A DNA stretch of 64,000 nt from an uncultured Curtobacterium sp. (GTDB lineage Bacteria > Actinomycetota > Actinomycetes > Actinomycetales > Microbacteriaceae): contig CAJYUW010000046.1 in the NCBI GenBank assembly GCA_913778205.1, positions 51,830 to 115,829 on the forward strand, written 5' to 3'. Shown here one piece after another: positions 17,256-26,207 of the stretch. The notes under the pieces are model-generated. The model was given only the letters and a program-made list of their open reading frames with translations, had not been told where the DNA came from and did no database searches. Within the stretch, counting starts at the first letter, position 1; the number at the start of each line of letters is the position of its first letter. A program made the position numbers and the translations under genes.

Positions 17256-18485
17256 ATGGCCATCAGCACCCCCCTCGCCCCGTCCGCGCACCAGCAGGAC
17301 GCCGACCGCCCCGACGTCATCGTCATCGAGAACGTCCGGAAGCGCTTCGTCGTGCGCAAGGACAACACCATCCGCGAGCGGATCGTCACGCTCGGCCGCG
17401 CCGGCCGCAAGCACCGGCAGGACTTCTGGGCGCTCGACGACGTCTCGGTCCGGATCCAGGCCGGGACCACCGTGGGGCTCATCGGCCAGAACGGCTCCGG
17501 CAAGTCGACGCTGCTCAAGGCCATCGGCGGCATCATCCAGCCGACCTCCGGCACGGTGTCGCGTCGTGGACGCCTGGCGGCCCTGCTCGAGCTCGGCGCG
17601 GGCTTCCACCCCGACCTCTCCGGCCGCGAGAACGTCTTCCTCAACGCCGCGCTGCTCGGCCTGAGCCGCAAGGAGACCGAGGCGCGCTTCGACGACATCC
17701 TCGCGTTCTCCGGCATCGGCGACTTCATCGACACCCAGGTGAAGTTCTACAGCTCCGGCATGTACGTGCGACTCGCCTTCGCGGTCGCCGTGCACACCGA
17801 CCCGGACGTGCTCCTCGTCGACGAGGTCCTCGCCGTGGGCGACGAGGCGTTCCAGCGCAAGTGCCTCGACCGCATCCGGTCGTTCCAGGAGCAGGGCAAG
17901 ACGATCATCATCGTCACGCACTCGCTGAGCCAGGTGCAGGAGATGTGCGACCGCGTCGTGCTGCTCAACAAGGGCAAGGTCCTGCACGACGGCGATGCGG
18001 TCCAGGCGGTCAGCAAGTTCCGCGACGTGCTCGAGGAACGTCGTTCCGGCGAGCTCAGCGCCGACGTCGCCGTGGGTCGGGGCACCGTCCTCGGCGCGAC
18101 GGTGCACGCCGACGGCAAGGAGCACCGCGCCCCGGTGACCCCGGGCGACGACCTCGTGGTCGACATGGAGTTCGAGCACCTCGACGGCGTCGCCGACTGG
18201 GAGGCCGCGGTGCAGGTGAACAACACCGCCGGACAGGTCGTCTACGGCACCACCACCGGCATCATGGGCGTGCACCTCGAACCCCTGCACGGCCGACGGA
18301 AGCTCCGGCTCCGGATCACCGACACCAACTTCGGCACCGGCAAGTACTTCATCAACGTGTCGATGATGGACTCCGCCGGACGACACCTGCACGACCTGCC
18401 GGAGTGCGACTCGTTCGAGGTGCCGTCCTTCGGCGACGCCGTCGGGACCGTCTACGCGAAGCCCTCCATCGAGGAGCTCGACTGA
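17256..18485 (+). CDS. ABC exporter ATP-binding protein with C-terminal carbohydrate-binding-type extension (Wzt/TagH-like)
   Basis: Walker A GQNGSGKSTLLK, signature YSSGMYVRLAF and Walker B VLLVDEVLAVGD are present. An extra ~150-aa beta-rich C-terminus resembles Wzt_C. Confidence 0.9.
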   Translation: MAISTPLAPSAHQQDADRPDVIVIENVRKRFVVRKDNTIRERIVTLGRAGRKHRQDFWALDDVSVRIQAGTTVGLIGQNGSGKSTLLKAIGGIIQPTSGTVSRRGRLAALLELGAGFHPDLSGRENVFLNAALLGLSRKETEARFDDILAFSGIGDFIDTQVKFYSSGMYVRLAFAVAVHTDPDVLLVDEVLAVGDEAFQRKCLDRIRSFQEQGKTIIIVTHSLSQVQEMCDRVVLLNKGKVLHDGDAVQAVSKFRDVLEERRSGELSADVAVGRGTVLGATVHADGKEHRAPVTPGDDLVVDMEFEHLDGVADWEAAVQVNNTAGQVVYGTTTGIMGVHLEPLHGRRKLRLRITDTNFGTGKYFINVSMMDSAGRHLHDLPECDSFEVPSFGDAVGTVYAKPSIEELD

Positions 18486-19516
18486 GGCCCTCCGACGGCG
18501 TCTCCCGCACCGCGGTCGTCGTCGTCAACTGGAACCGCGCGGACCTCACCACCCGGGCTGCCCGAGCGGTGCTCGACGACGGTGCGGCCGACCAGGTCAT
18601 CGTCGTCGACAACGGGTCGACGGACGACTCGGTCACCGTCCTCCGCCGCGACCTGCCGGACGCCGTGGTGCTCGCGCGCGGGACGAACGGCGGGTTCGCG
18701 GCCGGGGCGAACACCGGGATCCGACACGCGGACGCCGAGGTCGTCGTCCTGCTCAACAACGACGCCGAGCCCGCGCCCGGCTTCGTCGCGGCCCTCCGCG
18801 ACCACCTCGACGCCGCCCCTGCGGCCGTGGCGGCCGTGACGGGCCGCATCGTGCTCGCCGGACGCTGGTCGCGCCTCCCGTCCGGCTCCCCCGCCCCGAC
18901 GGGACGTGCGCTCCGCGACCACGCCGGCCACCTGTGGGTGCCCGCCGCGGACGGCGAGGTCCGCCTCAACTCGACCGGGGTCCGGGTCGACCGCGACGGC
19001 AACGGGATGGACCGCGACTGGTTCGGCGCCGCCGACCACGCGGCCGGCCGCGACGTGTTCGGGTTCTCCGGCGGCGCCTCGGCGCTGCGCCGCGCCGCGC
19101 TCGACGACGTCGGGCTCCTCGACGAGTCGCTCTTCATGTACTACGAGGACACCGAGCTCGCGTGGCGGCTCCGCCGCCGGGGTTGGCGCGTCGAGTACGT
19201 CGCCGACGCGGTCGTCTCGCACGACCACTCGGCGTCGTCCGGCGTGCAGAGCGACCTGTTCGTCTTCCGCAACGCCCGGAACCGGCTCGTCGTCGCGCTC
19301 TGGCACGCGCCCTGGTCGACCGTCCTCCGGGCGGCGGCCCGGACGCTCGCGCGCGGCCTGGCCGGTCTGCGCGCCGGTCGCACCCGCCGGGAGGCACGGC
19401 TCGTCCTGGCAGCGCTGGCCGACGTCACGGGGCACCTCCCCGCGCACCTCGCGCGGCGGCTCCACGAGACGCGGGTCGCGTCGGTGCCGCGGAGCGCCGT
19501 GGACCCGAGCGCATGA
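18404..19516 (+). CDS. GT2 glycosyltransferase (rhamnosyltransferase-like); start codon unresolved
   Basis: AVVVVNWNRADLT...VIVVDNGSTDDS...NGGFAAGAN...LLNNDAEP...FMYYEDTELAWR. There is no ATG/GTG/TTG between 18404 and the first beta-strand. The options are GTG 18404 (82-nt overlap with wzt) or CTG 18482 overlapping the wzt stop. Confidence 0.7.
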   Translation: MRLVRGAVLRRRRRDRLREALHRGARLRPSDGVSRTAVVVVNWNRADLTTRAARAVLDDGAADQVIVVDNGSTDDSVTVLRRDLPDAVVLARGTNGGFAAGANTGIRHADAEVVVLLNNDAEPAPGFVAALRDHLDAAPAAVAAVTGRIVLAGRWSRLPSGSPAPTGRALRDHAGHLWVPAADGEVRLNSTGVRVDRDGNGMDRDWFGAADHAAGRDVFGFSGGASALRRAALDDVGLLDESLFMYYEDTELAWRLRRRGWRVEYVADAVVSHDHSASSGVQSDLFVFRNARNRLVVALWHAPWSTVLRAAARTLARGLAGLRAGRTRREARLVLAALADVTGHLPAHLARRLHETRVASVPRSAVDPSA

Positions 19517-20742
19517 CCCGGGCGGGCTATCCTGGGGGTTCCCCCGTCGACGGTCCCGACCGCGGCGTCCCCGGCCGGAAGGAACCAGGCGTGCCGCAGA
19601 CCACCGTCCTCATCGACGGGACCGCGGTACCGCGCAACCTCGGCGGCGTCGGCCGCTACGTCGAGGGGGTCGTGTCGCATCTGACCGACCCGTCGCTCGA
19701 CGTGCACCTCGTGGTGCGGCCCGTGCACGCCGCGCACTTCCGCGAGATCGCACCGCACGTGACGCTCCACACGGCACCGGCGTGGACGGACTCGGTGCCG
19801 CTGCGCTTCGCGTGGGAGCAGACCGGGCTGCCGGCACTCGGACGTCGGATCGGCGCCGTGGTGCTGCACTCCCCGCACTACACCTTCCCGTTCTCGTGGC
19901 GGCGCGGCTCCGTGGTGACGCTGCACGACGCGACGTTCTTCTCGAACCCCGAGTGGCACTCGCGCCTGAAGCGGACGTTCTTCACGTGGTGGAGCCGTCG
20001 GTCGCTCCGGACCCGTCCGGTGGTGGTCGTGCCGAGCGCCGCGACCGCGACCGAGGCCGCCCGCGTGGTCCCCGGCATCCGGGCGGACGTCCGGGTCGCC
20101 CCGCTCGGTGTCGACCGCGCGGTGTTCCACGAGCCGTCCACCGCCGAGGTCGAGGACGCCCGGATCGCCGCGACCCTCCCCGAGGGCGCGAGCTGGATCG
20201 CCTTCCTCGGCACGATCGAGCCGCGCAAGAACGTCGGCGCGCTGCTCGACGCCTACGCCTCGGTCCGCGAGGCCCGCGCGCTCACCGGCTCCGACACGCC
20301 CTGGCTGGTGCTCTCCGGCGCCCGCGGGTGGGACGACGCCGCGATCGCGCGACTCGACGCCCTGCAGGACGCCGACCACGTGATCGAGGCCGGGTACCTG
20401 CCGCTCGAGGACCTCTCCGGGTTCCTCGGCGGCGCGGAGTTCGTCGTGTACCCGTCGCTCGGCGAGGGCTTCGGCCTGCCCGTGGTCGAGGCGATGGCGG
20501 CCGGTGCGTGCGTCCTCACGACACGGCGGCTGTCGCTGCCCGAGGTCGGCGGCGACGCGGCCGTCTACAGCGAACCCGACGCGTCGGCGCTGGGGGCGGC
20601 CATGTCCTCGCTGCTCGATGACCCCGTGCTCGTCACGACGCACCGGGAAGCCGCACTCCGCCGTGCCGAGGACTTCACGTGGGACGCGACGGCCGCGGTG
20701 CACGTCGGCGCGTACCGGACCGTCGCGGGGGCCTCCCGGTGA
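19513..20742 (+). CDS. GT4 glycosyltransferase
   Basis: ATGA overlap with the upstream stop. GTIEPRKNV...VYPSLGEGFGLPVVEAMAAGACV is the classic GT4 E-x7-E region. Confidence 0.85.
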   Translation: MTRAGYPGGSPVDGPDRGVPGRKEPGVPQTTVLIDGTAVPRNLGGVGRYVEGVVSHLTDPSLDVHLVVRPVHAAHFREIAPHVTLHTAPAWTDSVPLRFAWEQTGLPALGRRIGAVVLHSPHYTFPFSWRRGSVVTLHDATFFSNPEWHSRLKRTFFTWWSRRSLRTRPVVVVPSAATATEAARVVPGIRADVRVAPLGVDRAVFHEPSTAEVEDARIAATLPEGASWIAFLGTIEPRKNVGALLDAYASVREARALTGSDTPWLVLSGARGWDDAAIARLDALQDADHVIEAGYLPLEDLSGFLGGAEFVVYPSLGEGFGLPVVEAMAAGACVLTTRRLSLPEVGGDAAVYSEPDASALGAAMSSLLDDPVLVTTHREAALRRAEDFTWDATAAVHVGAYRTVAGASR

Positions 20743-21593
20743 TCCGCGTCGCCGTGCTGACCGTCACGTACAACACGGGTGAGACCATCCGTCCGTTCCT
20801 CGCGAGCGTCGCGGCCGCGTCGGCGTCGCCCGTCGCGGTCGTCATCGCGGACAACGGGTCGGCCGACCTCGACGCCCTGCGCGCGATCGGCGAGTCCCAC
20901 GGCGCGGTCGTGGTGTCCTCCGGCGGGAACCGCGGCTACGGCGGTGGCATCGACGCCGCGCTGGACGCGCTCGACGACGTGCTGCCCGACGTCCGTCCGG
21001 AGTTCCTGCTCGTGACGAACCCGGACGTCGTCCTCGCACCGGGGTCCATCGACGAGCTCGTCGCCGCCGCCGACCGGCTGCCCTCCGGCGGGTCCTTCGG
21101 TCCGCGGATCCTCGACGAGCACGGCGAGACCTACCCGTCGGCGCGGCGGCTCCCCTCGCTCCGGACCGGCCTCGGCCACGCGGCGTTCTCGCGCCTCTGG
21201 CCGGCGAACCCCTGGAGCCAGCGCTACTGGTCCACCACCGAGGTCGTCGAGCGCGAGGCCGGCTGGTTGTCCGGCGCGTGCTTCCTCATCCGGACGTCGC
21301 TGTTCCGCGAGCTCGGTGGGTTCGACGAGTCGTACTTCATGTACTTCGAGGACGTCGACCTCGGGCAGCGGGTCGGTCTCGCCGGGCGGTCGAACGTGTA
21401 CGTGCCGAGCGCCGTGGTCACGCACACCGGGGCGCACTCGACGTCGTCGAACCGACGTCGCATGGAGATCGAGCACCACCGGAGCGCGTACCGGTTCCTG
21501 TCGCGGAAGTACCGGGCGTGGTGGTTGTGGCCGCTCCGGGCGGTGCTGCGCGTCGGGCTGGCCGTCCGCGCACGGTGGGTGACGCGCAAGTAG
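20739..21593 (+). CDS. GT2 rhamnosyltransferase-like (WbbL-type)
   Basis: GTGA overlap with the upstream stop. VAVLTVTYNTGETI...VIADNGSAD...GNRGYGGGIDA...FMYFEDVDLGQR. It follows the Wzm/Wzt-GT operon and lies near the rml genes. Confidence 0.8.
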   Translation: MIRVAVLTVTYNTGETIRPFLASVAAASASPVAVVIADNGSADLDALRAIGESHGAVVVSSGGNRGYGGGIDAALDALDDVLPDVRPEFLLVTNPDVVLAPGSIDELVAAADRLPSGGSFGPRILDEHGETYPSARRLPSLRTGLGHAAFSRLWPANPWSQRYWSTTEVVEREAGWLSGACFLIRTSLFRELGGFDESYFMYFEDVDLGQRVGLAGRSNVYVPSAVVTHTGAHSTSSNRRRMEIEHHRSAYRFLSRKYRAWWLWPLRAVLRVGLAVRARWVTRK

Positions 21594-21658
21594 GGCGCGG
21601 TGCGCCGCGGCGGCCGGCGCGTCCTGCGTCCGCACGCCCCTGCGGTGCGTTCTGCGTC

Positions 21659-21720
21659 CGCACAACCGAAGTCACCCGGAACCGCGTCGCGATGCGGTTC
21701 CGGGTGACTTCGGTTGTGCG
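21659..21720. repeat. palindromic element family A, copy 1 (27-bp perfect stem, 8-nt loop)
   Basis: cgcacaaccgaagtcacccggaaccgc-gtcgcgat-gcggttccgggtgacttcggttgtgcg. Lies between convergent genes ending at 21593 (+) and 21788 (-). Confidence 0.9.
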
Positions 21721-21787
21721 CCGGCGCGCCGAGCCGGGCGTGTCTCGGCGGGCGGTGCCCCGACCCCGGGCCCCGCGCGCGGAGACC

Positions 21788-23596
21788 TCAGCCGAACAGC
21801 CGGGTGCGCTCGGCCCGGGCGGCGTCGAGCAGCACGCGGGCCCGAGCATCGAACGAGTGCTCGGCGGCGATGCGGCTCGCGATCACCGCACGCTCCGACG
21901 CCGACGGCCACGGGTGCTCCGGTGCGAGCAGGCGCTCGAGCTCGACGCGGGAACCGGCGACGGCCAGGGTGGGCACCGCGAGGACGTCGGCGAGCCCCTC
22001 GACCGGGTCGGTCACGACGACCCCGCCGGCGGCGAGCACGTCGAACACCCGGTTGGACACGAACCCTCCCGCCGCCATGTCCGGCCAGTGGTCGTTGAGC
22101 ACGACCCGTGCGGACGCGTACGCCCGCGCGACCTCGGCACGCGACAGCCCCGGCTCGCCGAGCAGGTCCGACGGCACGACGTCCGTCCACCCTGGTCCGT
22201 GCACCCGGAGGTCGGCGCCGAGCGACACCGCGTCGGCGACGACCGGGCGGTCGGCCCCCCGCGTCGACCCGACGAAGACCACGTGGCCGGCATCGGGGTC
22301 CGTCGCGGACCGATTCCCCGGGTGGAACACCGACGGATCGGTGGCCTGGAGCAGCGGGGGGACGGTGAGGCCGCTCCGCGCCGAGGCAGCCGCGGCCCAG
22401 GCGGGGCCGGCGGCGAAGGCACGGTCGAACGACCGGAGTTCGGTGTCAGCGACGTCGTCCGGGTGGCTGATGACCCAGAGCAGGTTCACCGACGCCGGGT
22501 TCGGCGGCACCCGGTCGAGCCCCCGGACGACGAGGGTGACGTCATCGGCACCGTCGTCGCCGCGGACGTGGGCATCGCGCCGGTCGACCCGGACGCGCTG
22601 TCCGAGCCGCTCCAGCGCCGCCGCGAGCTCCCCGGCGAAGTGCACGTCGCCCCAGGCGTCGCCCTCGGGTCCGGCCGGTGCGGCGATCTTGACGGACCAG
22701 GTCAGCCGGTCACCCGTCGTCCGGGAACGCGCCGCCGGCGTCACGGGGCGCGCGCCCCACGGCGGCAGCGGCGGCCCCGCCACGACGTCGGCGCCGGGTC
22801 GCGCGGACGGCCGGTCGCGCCAGCCGGCGACGACGTCCACCACGGCGGCGTCGACCGTGCGACCGGGTTCGACGGTGCGCACGACGGGCCCGACGGCCCG
22901 GCTGCGCACGGCCGTCTCCGCATGCTGCGCCGCGCCGGCGGTCCAGGCGGTCAGCACGGTGCGTTCGTCCGGGAGGCACGGGGCCGGGACCACCGCCCCC
23001 TGCGGCATCGAGACCACCGGTTGGTCCGCCCCGAGGAGGAGGTCGTCCGACGAGGCGGCACGGTCGTCCGACCACGGCAGCGCCCCGGGCCGCACCAGGA
23101 CCGCACCGTTCCGGTGCTCCCCCGCGGCGGTCCGCACGACGGCCTGGACCGGACAGCCGACGTCGCGCGCGAGTGCGCGCAGGCCGTCGGCGTCGATCTG
23201 CACCGAGGTGTCCACCAGCACGAACGTGCGGCCGACGCCCCCTGCGACGCCGGCGTTGATCGCCGACCCGAGTCCGTCCAGCTCCTGCCGACGCACCCAC
23301 GGGAGCGCCGCGTCGAAGGCGCCGCGCGGCGAGGCGTCCGCCACGTACGACAGCGCGCGGACGTCGGCGACCGGTCCGAACGCCGACCGGGCAGCGGCGA
23401 CCAGCCGCGGCACCTCGGCGTGCCGGTCGGAGCGCGTGGTGACGAGCACCGTCACCGGTGTATCCAGGTGCGGGAGGTCGCCGTCCCAGCCGGTCACGCG
23501 GACGACGTCGGACGACGTCGCGGCCGCGCCACGGGCCTCCCGTCCGACGGGAGCGACCCCGTCGTCACCGCGACGCGTCCGACGGAAGAGGCCCAC
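21788..23596 (-). CDS. large CgeB-family-like glycosyltransferase (degenerate N-terminal domain plus C-terminal Glyco_trans_1_2-like domain)
   Basis: 602-aa ORF. The C-terminus HVVFVGSTRG...VVLNDHWPDMAAGGFVSNRVFDVLAAGGVVVTD parallels the motif in 11724..13055. Confidence 0.65.
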   Translation of the reverse strand: MGLFRRTRRGDDGVAPVGREARGAAATSSDVVRVTGWDGDLPHLDTPVTVLVTTRSDRHAEVPRLVAAARSAFGPVADVRALSYVADASPRGAFDAALPWVRRQELDGLGSAINAGVAGGVGRTFVLVDTSVQIDADGLRALARDVGCPVQAVVRTAAGEHRNGAVLVRPGALPWSDDRAASSDDLLLGADQPVVSMPQGAVVPAPCLPDERTVLTAWTAGAAQHAETAVRSRAVGPVVRTVEPGRTVDAAVVDVVAGWRDRPSARPGADVVAGPPLPPWGARPVTPAARSRTTGDRLTWSVKIAAPAGPEGDAWGDVHFAGELAAALERLGQRVRVDRRDAHVRGDDGADDVTLVVRGLDRVPPNPASVNLLWVISHPDDVADTELRSFDRAFAAGPAWAAAASARSGLTVPPLLQATDPSVFHPGNRSATDPDAGHVVFVGSTRGADRPVVADAVSLGADLRVHGPGWTDVVPSDLLGEPGLSRAEVARAYASARVVLNDHWPDMAAGGFVSNRVFDVLAAGGVVVTDPVEGLADVLAVPTLAVAGSRVELERLLAPEHPWPSASERAVIASRIAAEHSFDARARVLLDAARAERTRLFG

Positions 23597-23603
23597 GAGC
23601 GGC

Positions 23604-24467
23604 TCAGGAGGCGAGCAGGCGCTGCAGGTACACGCCGTACCCGCCCTTGACGAGCGGCGCGGCGAGCTCGGCGAGCTGCGCGTCGTCGATCCAGCCGTTG
23701 CGCCAGGCGATCTCCTCGATGCAGCCGATCTTGAAGCCCTGCCGGTCCTCGATCACCTTGACGTACTCGGAGGCCTGCATCATCGACTCGAACGTGCCGG
23801 TGTCGAGCCAGGCGGTGCCGCGGTCGAGGACCTGGACGCCGAGCTCGCCGGCCTCGAGGTAGCGCTCGTTGACGGTCGAGATCTCGAGCTCGCCACGCGC
23901 GCTCGGCTCGATCGTCTTCGCGATCTCGATGACCTTGTTGTCGTAGAAGTAGAGGCCGGGCACGGCGTAGTTCGACTTCGGCTCGGTCGGCTTCTCCTCG
24001 ATGGAGACCGCGGTGAAGTCGTCGTCGAACTCCACGACGCCGTACGCCGTCGGGTCGGCCACGTGGTACGCGAAGATCGTCGCGCCCTGGACGTCGGTGT
24101 TCTTCCGCAGGTTCGTGCCGAGGCCGGTGCCGTGGAAGATGTTGTCGCCGAGGACGAGCGCGACGCTGTCGTCGCCGATGAACTCCTCGCCGATCACGAA
24201 CGCCTGCGCGAGGCCGTCCGGGCTCGGCTGCACCGCGTACTGGATGTCCATGCCGAGCGCCGAGCCGTCGCCGAGCAGGGCCTTGAACTGGTCGTTGTAC
24301 TCCGGCGTCGTGATGACGAGCACCTCGCGGATGCCCGCCATCATGAGCGTCGACAGCGGGTAGTAGACCATCGGCTTGTCGTAGATCGGCATGAGCTGCT
24401 TGCTGATGCCCTTGGTGATCGGCCAGAGGCGGGTGCCGGAACCCCCGGCGAGGATGATGCCCTTCAC
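23604..24467 (-). CDS. rmlA: glucose-1-phosphate thymidylyltransferase
   Basis: GTG 24467. [46 protein letters not shown]... shows full-length RmlA identity pattern. Confidence 0.95.
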   Translation of the reverse strand: MKGIILAGGSGTRLWPITKGISKQLMPIYDKPMVYYPLSTLMMAGIREVLVITTPEYNDQFKALLGDGSALGMDIQYAVQPSPDGLAQAFVIGEEFIGDDSVALVLGDNIFHGTGLGTNLRKNTDVQGATIFAYHVADPTAYGVVEFDDDFTAVSIEEKPTEPKSNYAVPGLYFYDNKVIEIAKTIEPSARGELEISTVNERYLEAGELGVQVLDRGTAWLDTGTFESMMQASEYVKVIEDRQGFKIGCIEEIAWRNGWIDDAQLAELAAPLVKGGYGVYLQRLLAS

Positions 24468-24486
24468 GGGTGTGTCCTTTGCTTCG

Positions 24487-25095
24487 TTACTTGCTCGTGC
24501 GGAGGGACTCGGTGTACGCGACGCACTCCTCGTACGTCGGCAGGAGTCCCTGTTCGGCGGCCTGCTCGAGCGTGAGCGCGCTCGTGTCCTTCTCGGAGAG
24601 GACCGGCTCGCCGAGGCCGTCGGGCAGTTCGAGCCCGACGGTCGGGTCGAGGATCGTGATCCCCTTCTCACGCTCGGGGTCGTAGTGCGCGCTGACGAGG
24701 TAGTTCACCGTCGAACGGTCCTCGAGCGCGACGATCGCGTGGCCGAGACCCTCGGACAGGTAGACGGCGCGTCGGTCGACGTCGTCGATCCGGACCGAGT
24801 CCCACTGCCCGAACGTCGGCGAGCCCACGCGGATGTCGACGATGTAGTCGATGAACGCCCCGCGGACCGCGGTGACGTACTTCGCCTGGCTCGGCGGGAC
24901 GAGGGCGTAGTGGATGCCCCGGGCGACGCCGGCCGAGGAGATCGACATGTTCGCCTGGCGGAGGTCGAGGCGGTGGCCGACGGTCTCCTCCAGCACGTCG
25001 GCGCGGTACGCCTCGAGGAACGCTCCTCGTGCGTCGCCGTGCTGGACGGGCGTGAACTCCCACGCGCCGGGGATCTTCAGTTCGCGGATCTGCAC
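24487..25095 (-). CDS. rmlC: dTDP-4-dehydrorhamnose 3,5-epimerase
   Basis: [15 protein letters not shown]...[37 protein letters not shown] is an RmlC cupin signature. Confidence 0.9.
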   Translation of the reverse strand: MQIRELKIPGAWEFTPVQHGDARGAFLEAYRADVLEETVGHRLDLRQANMSISSAGVARGIHYALVPPSQAKYVTAVRGAFIDYIVDIRVGSPTFGQWDSVRIDDVDRRAVYLSEGLGHAIVALEDRSTVNYLVSAHYDPEREKGITILDPTVGLELPDGLGEPVLSEKDTSALTLEQAAEQGLLPTYEECVAYTESLRTSK

Positions 25096-25176
25096 CGCAG
25101 CAGACTAGCAAGGCGGACCCGCCCGGTCGCCGCGCCGCTCGGAGCGCCGGGTTCCCGGCCGGACGCCCGGTTCGCA

Positions 25177-25182
25177 TAGGCT
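25177..25182 (+). promoter_or_regulatory. -10-like hexamer TAGGCT upstream of the GtrB-like GT2
   Basis: TANNNT with TTCCCG 19 nt upstream, followed by an ~83-nt leader to GTG 25266. Confidence 0.3.
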
Positions 25183-25265
25183 GTCCTGCGTTCTGTGCGA
25201 TGGGGGCGTGCGCGCCGCTCCCCCGGCGCGCGCTGCGAACCCCGAAACGAGACCGAGCGAGCCCT

Positions 25266-26207
25266 GTGAAGCTATTCGTCCAGATCCCCTGCCTCAACGA
25301 GGAGAACACCCTCGCTAGCGTCATCGACTCGATCCCGACGCAGATCGACGGCATCGACGAGATCGAGATCCTGGTCATCGACGACGGCTCGACCGACCGC
25401 ACCGTCGAGGTCGCCAAGGAGCACGGCGTCAAGCACTTCGTGCACCACACCACGAACATGGGCCTCGCCCGCTCGTTCCGCGACGGCGTCGACTACGCGC
25501 TCCTGCACGGCGCGGACATCGTCGTGAACACCGACGGCGACAACCAGTACCCGCAGTCGCAGATCGCCGAGCTCGTGCAGCCGATCCTCCGGAAGGAGGC
25601 CGAGATCGTCATCGGCGACCGCCAGACGCGGACGATCGAGCACTTCTCCGGCTTCAAGAAGCTCATGCAGCGCTTCGGCTCGTGGGTGGCCTCGCGAGCG
25701 GCGGGCCTCGACCTCCCCGACGCCGCCAGCGGCTTCCGCGCGTACTCGAAGTACTCGCTCATCCGCCTGAACATCGTGACGCGGTTCAGCTACTGCATGG
25801 AGACCATCGTCCAGGCCGGCTACAAGCGCCTGGCGATCGCGTCCGTGCCGATCCGCACGAACCCGAAGACGCGCGAGTCCCGGCTGTTCAGCAACATCTT
25901 CCAGCACATGTTCCAGTCCGGGTCCGCGATCGCCCGGGTCTACCTCATGTACCGCCCGATGGCGCTCTTCGCCTGGGTCGCCGCGGTCCTCGGGGTCCTC
26001 GGCGCCTGGCCGCTCGTCCGCTACCTCGTGCTCCTCGCGATGCACACGGGCGGCAACCACCTGCAGTCGATCATCCTCGGCGTGGTGCTGCTCATCACCG
26101 CCGTGCTCGCGGTGGTGATCGGCGTGGTCGCCGACCTCACGCGGTTGAACCGGACGCTGGCAGAGGAGCAGCTCGACCTGCTGAAGCTGCAGCGGTACGG
26201 TGACTGA
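25266..26207 (+). CDS. membrane-anchored GT2, polyprenyl-phosphate sugar synthase type (GtrB/CsbB/ArnC-like)
   Basis: GTG 25266. VQIPCLNEENTL...ILVIDDGSTDRT...NTDGDNQY...GFRAYS, followed by two C-terminal TM helices. This is the GtrB-like architecture. Confidence 0.8.
   Translation: MKLFVQIPCLNEENTLASVIDSIPTQIDGIDEIEILVIDDGSTDRTVEVAKEHGVKHFVHHTTNMGLARSFRDGVDYALLHGADIVVNTDGDNQYPQSQIAELVQPILRKEAEIVIGDRQTRTIEHFSGFKKLMQRFGSWVASRAAGLDLPDAASGFRAYSKYSLIRLNIVTRFSYCMETIVQAGYKRLAIASVPIRTNPKTRESRLFSNIFQHMFQSGSAIARVYLMYRPMALFAWVAAVLGVLGAWPLVRYLVLLAMHTGGNHLQSIILGVVLLITAVLAVVIGVVADLTRLNRTLAEEQLDLLKLQRYGD

Noticed and set aside
21659-21720. Calling the long palindromes canonical Rho-independent terminators
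   Set aside because: None has a downstream T/U-tract on either strand. They may still terminate transcription in actinobacteria, but the sequence conservation between distant copies needs another explanation, so they are reported as repeats.
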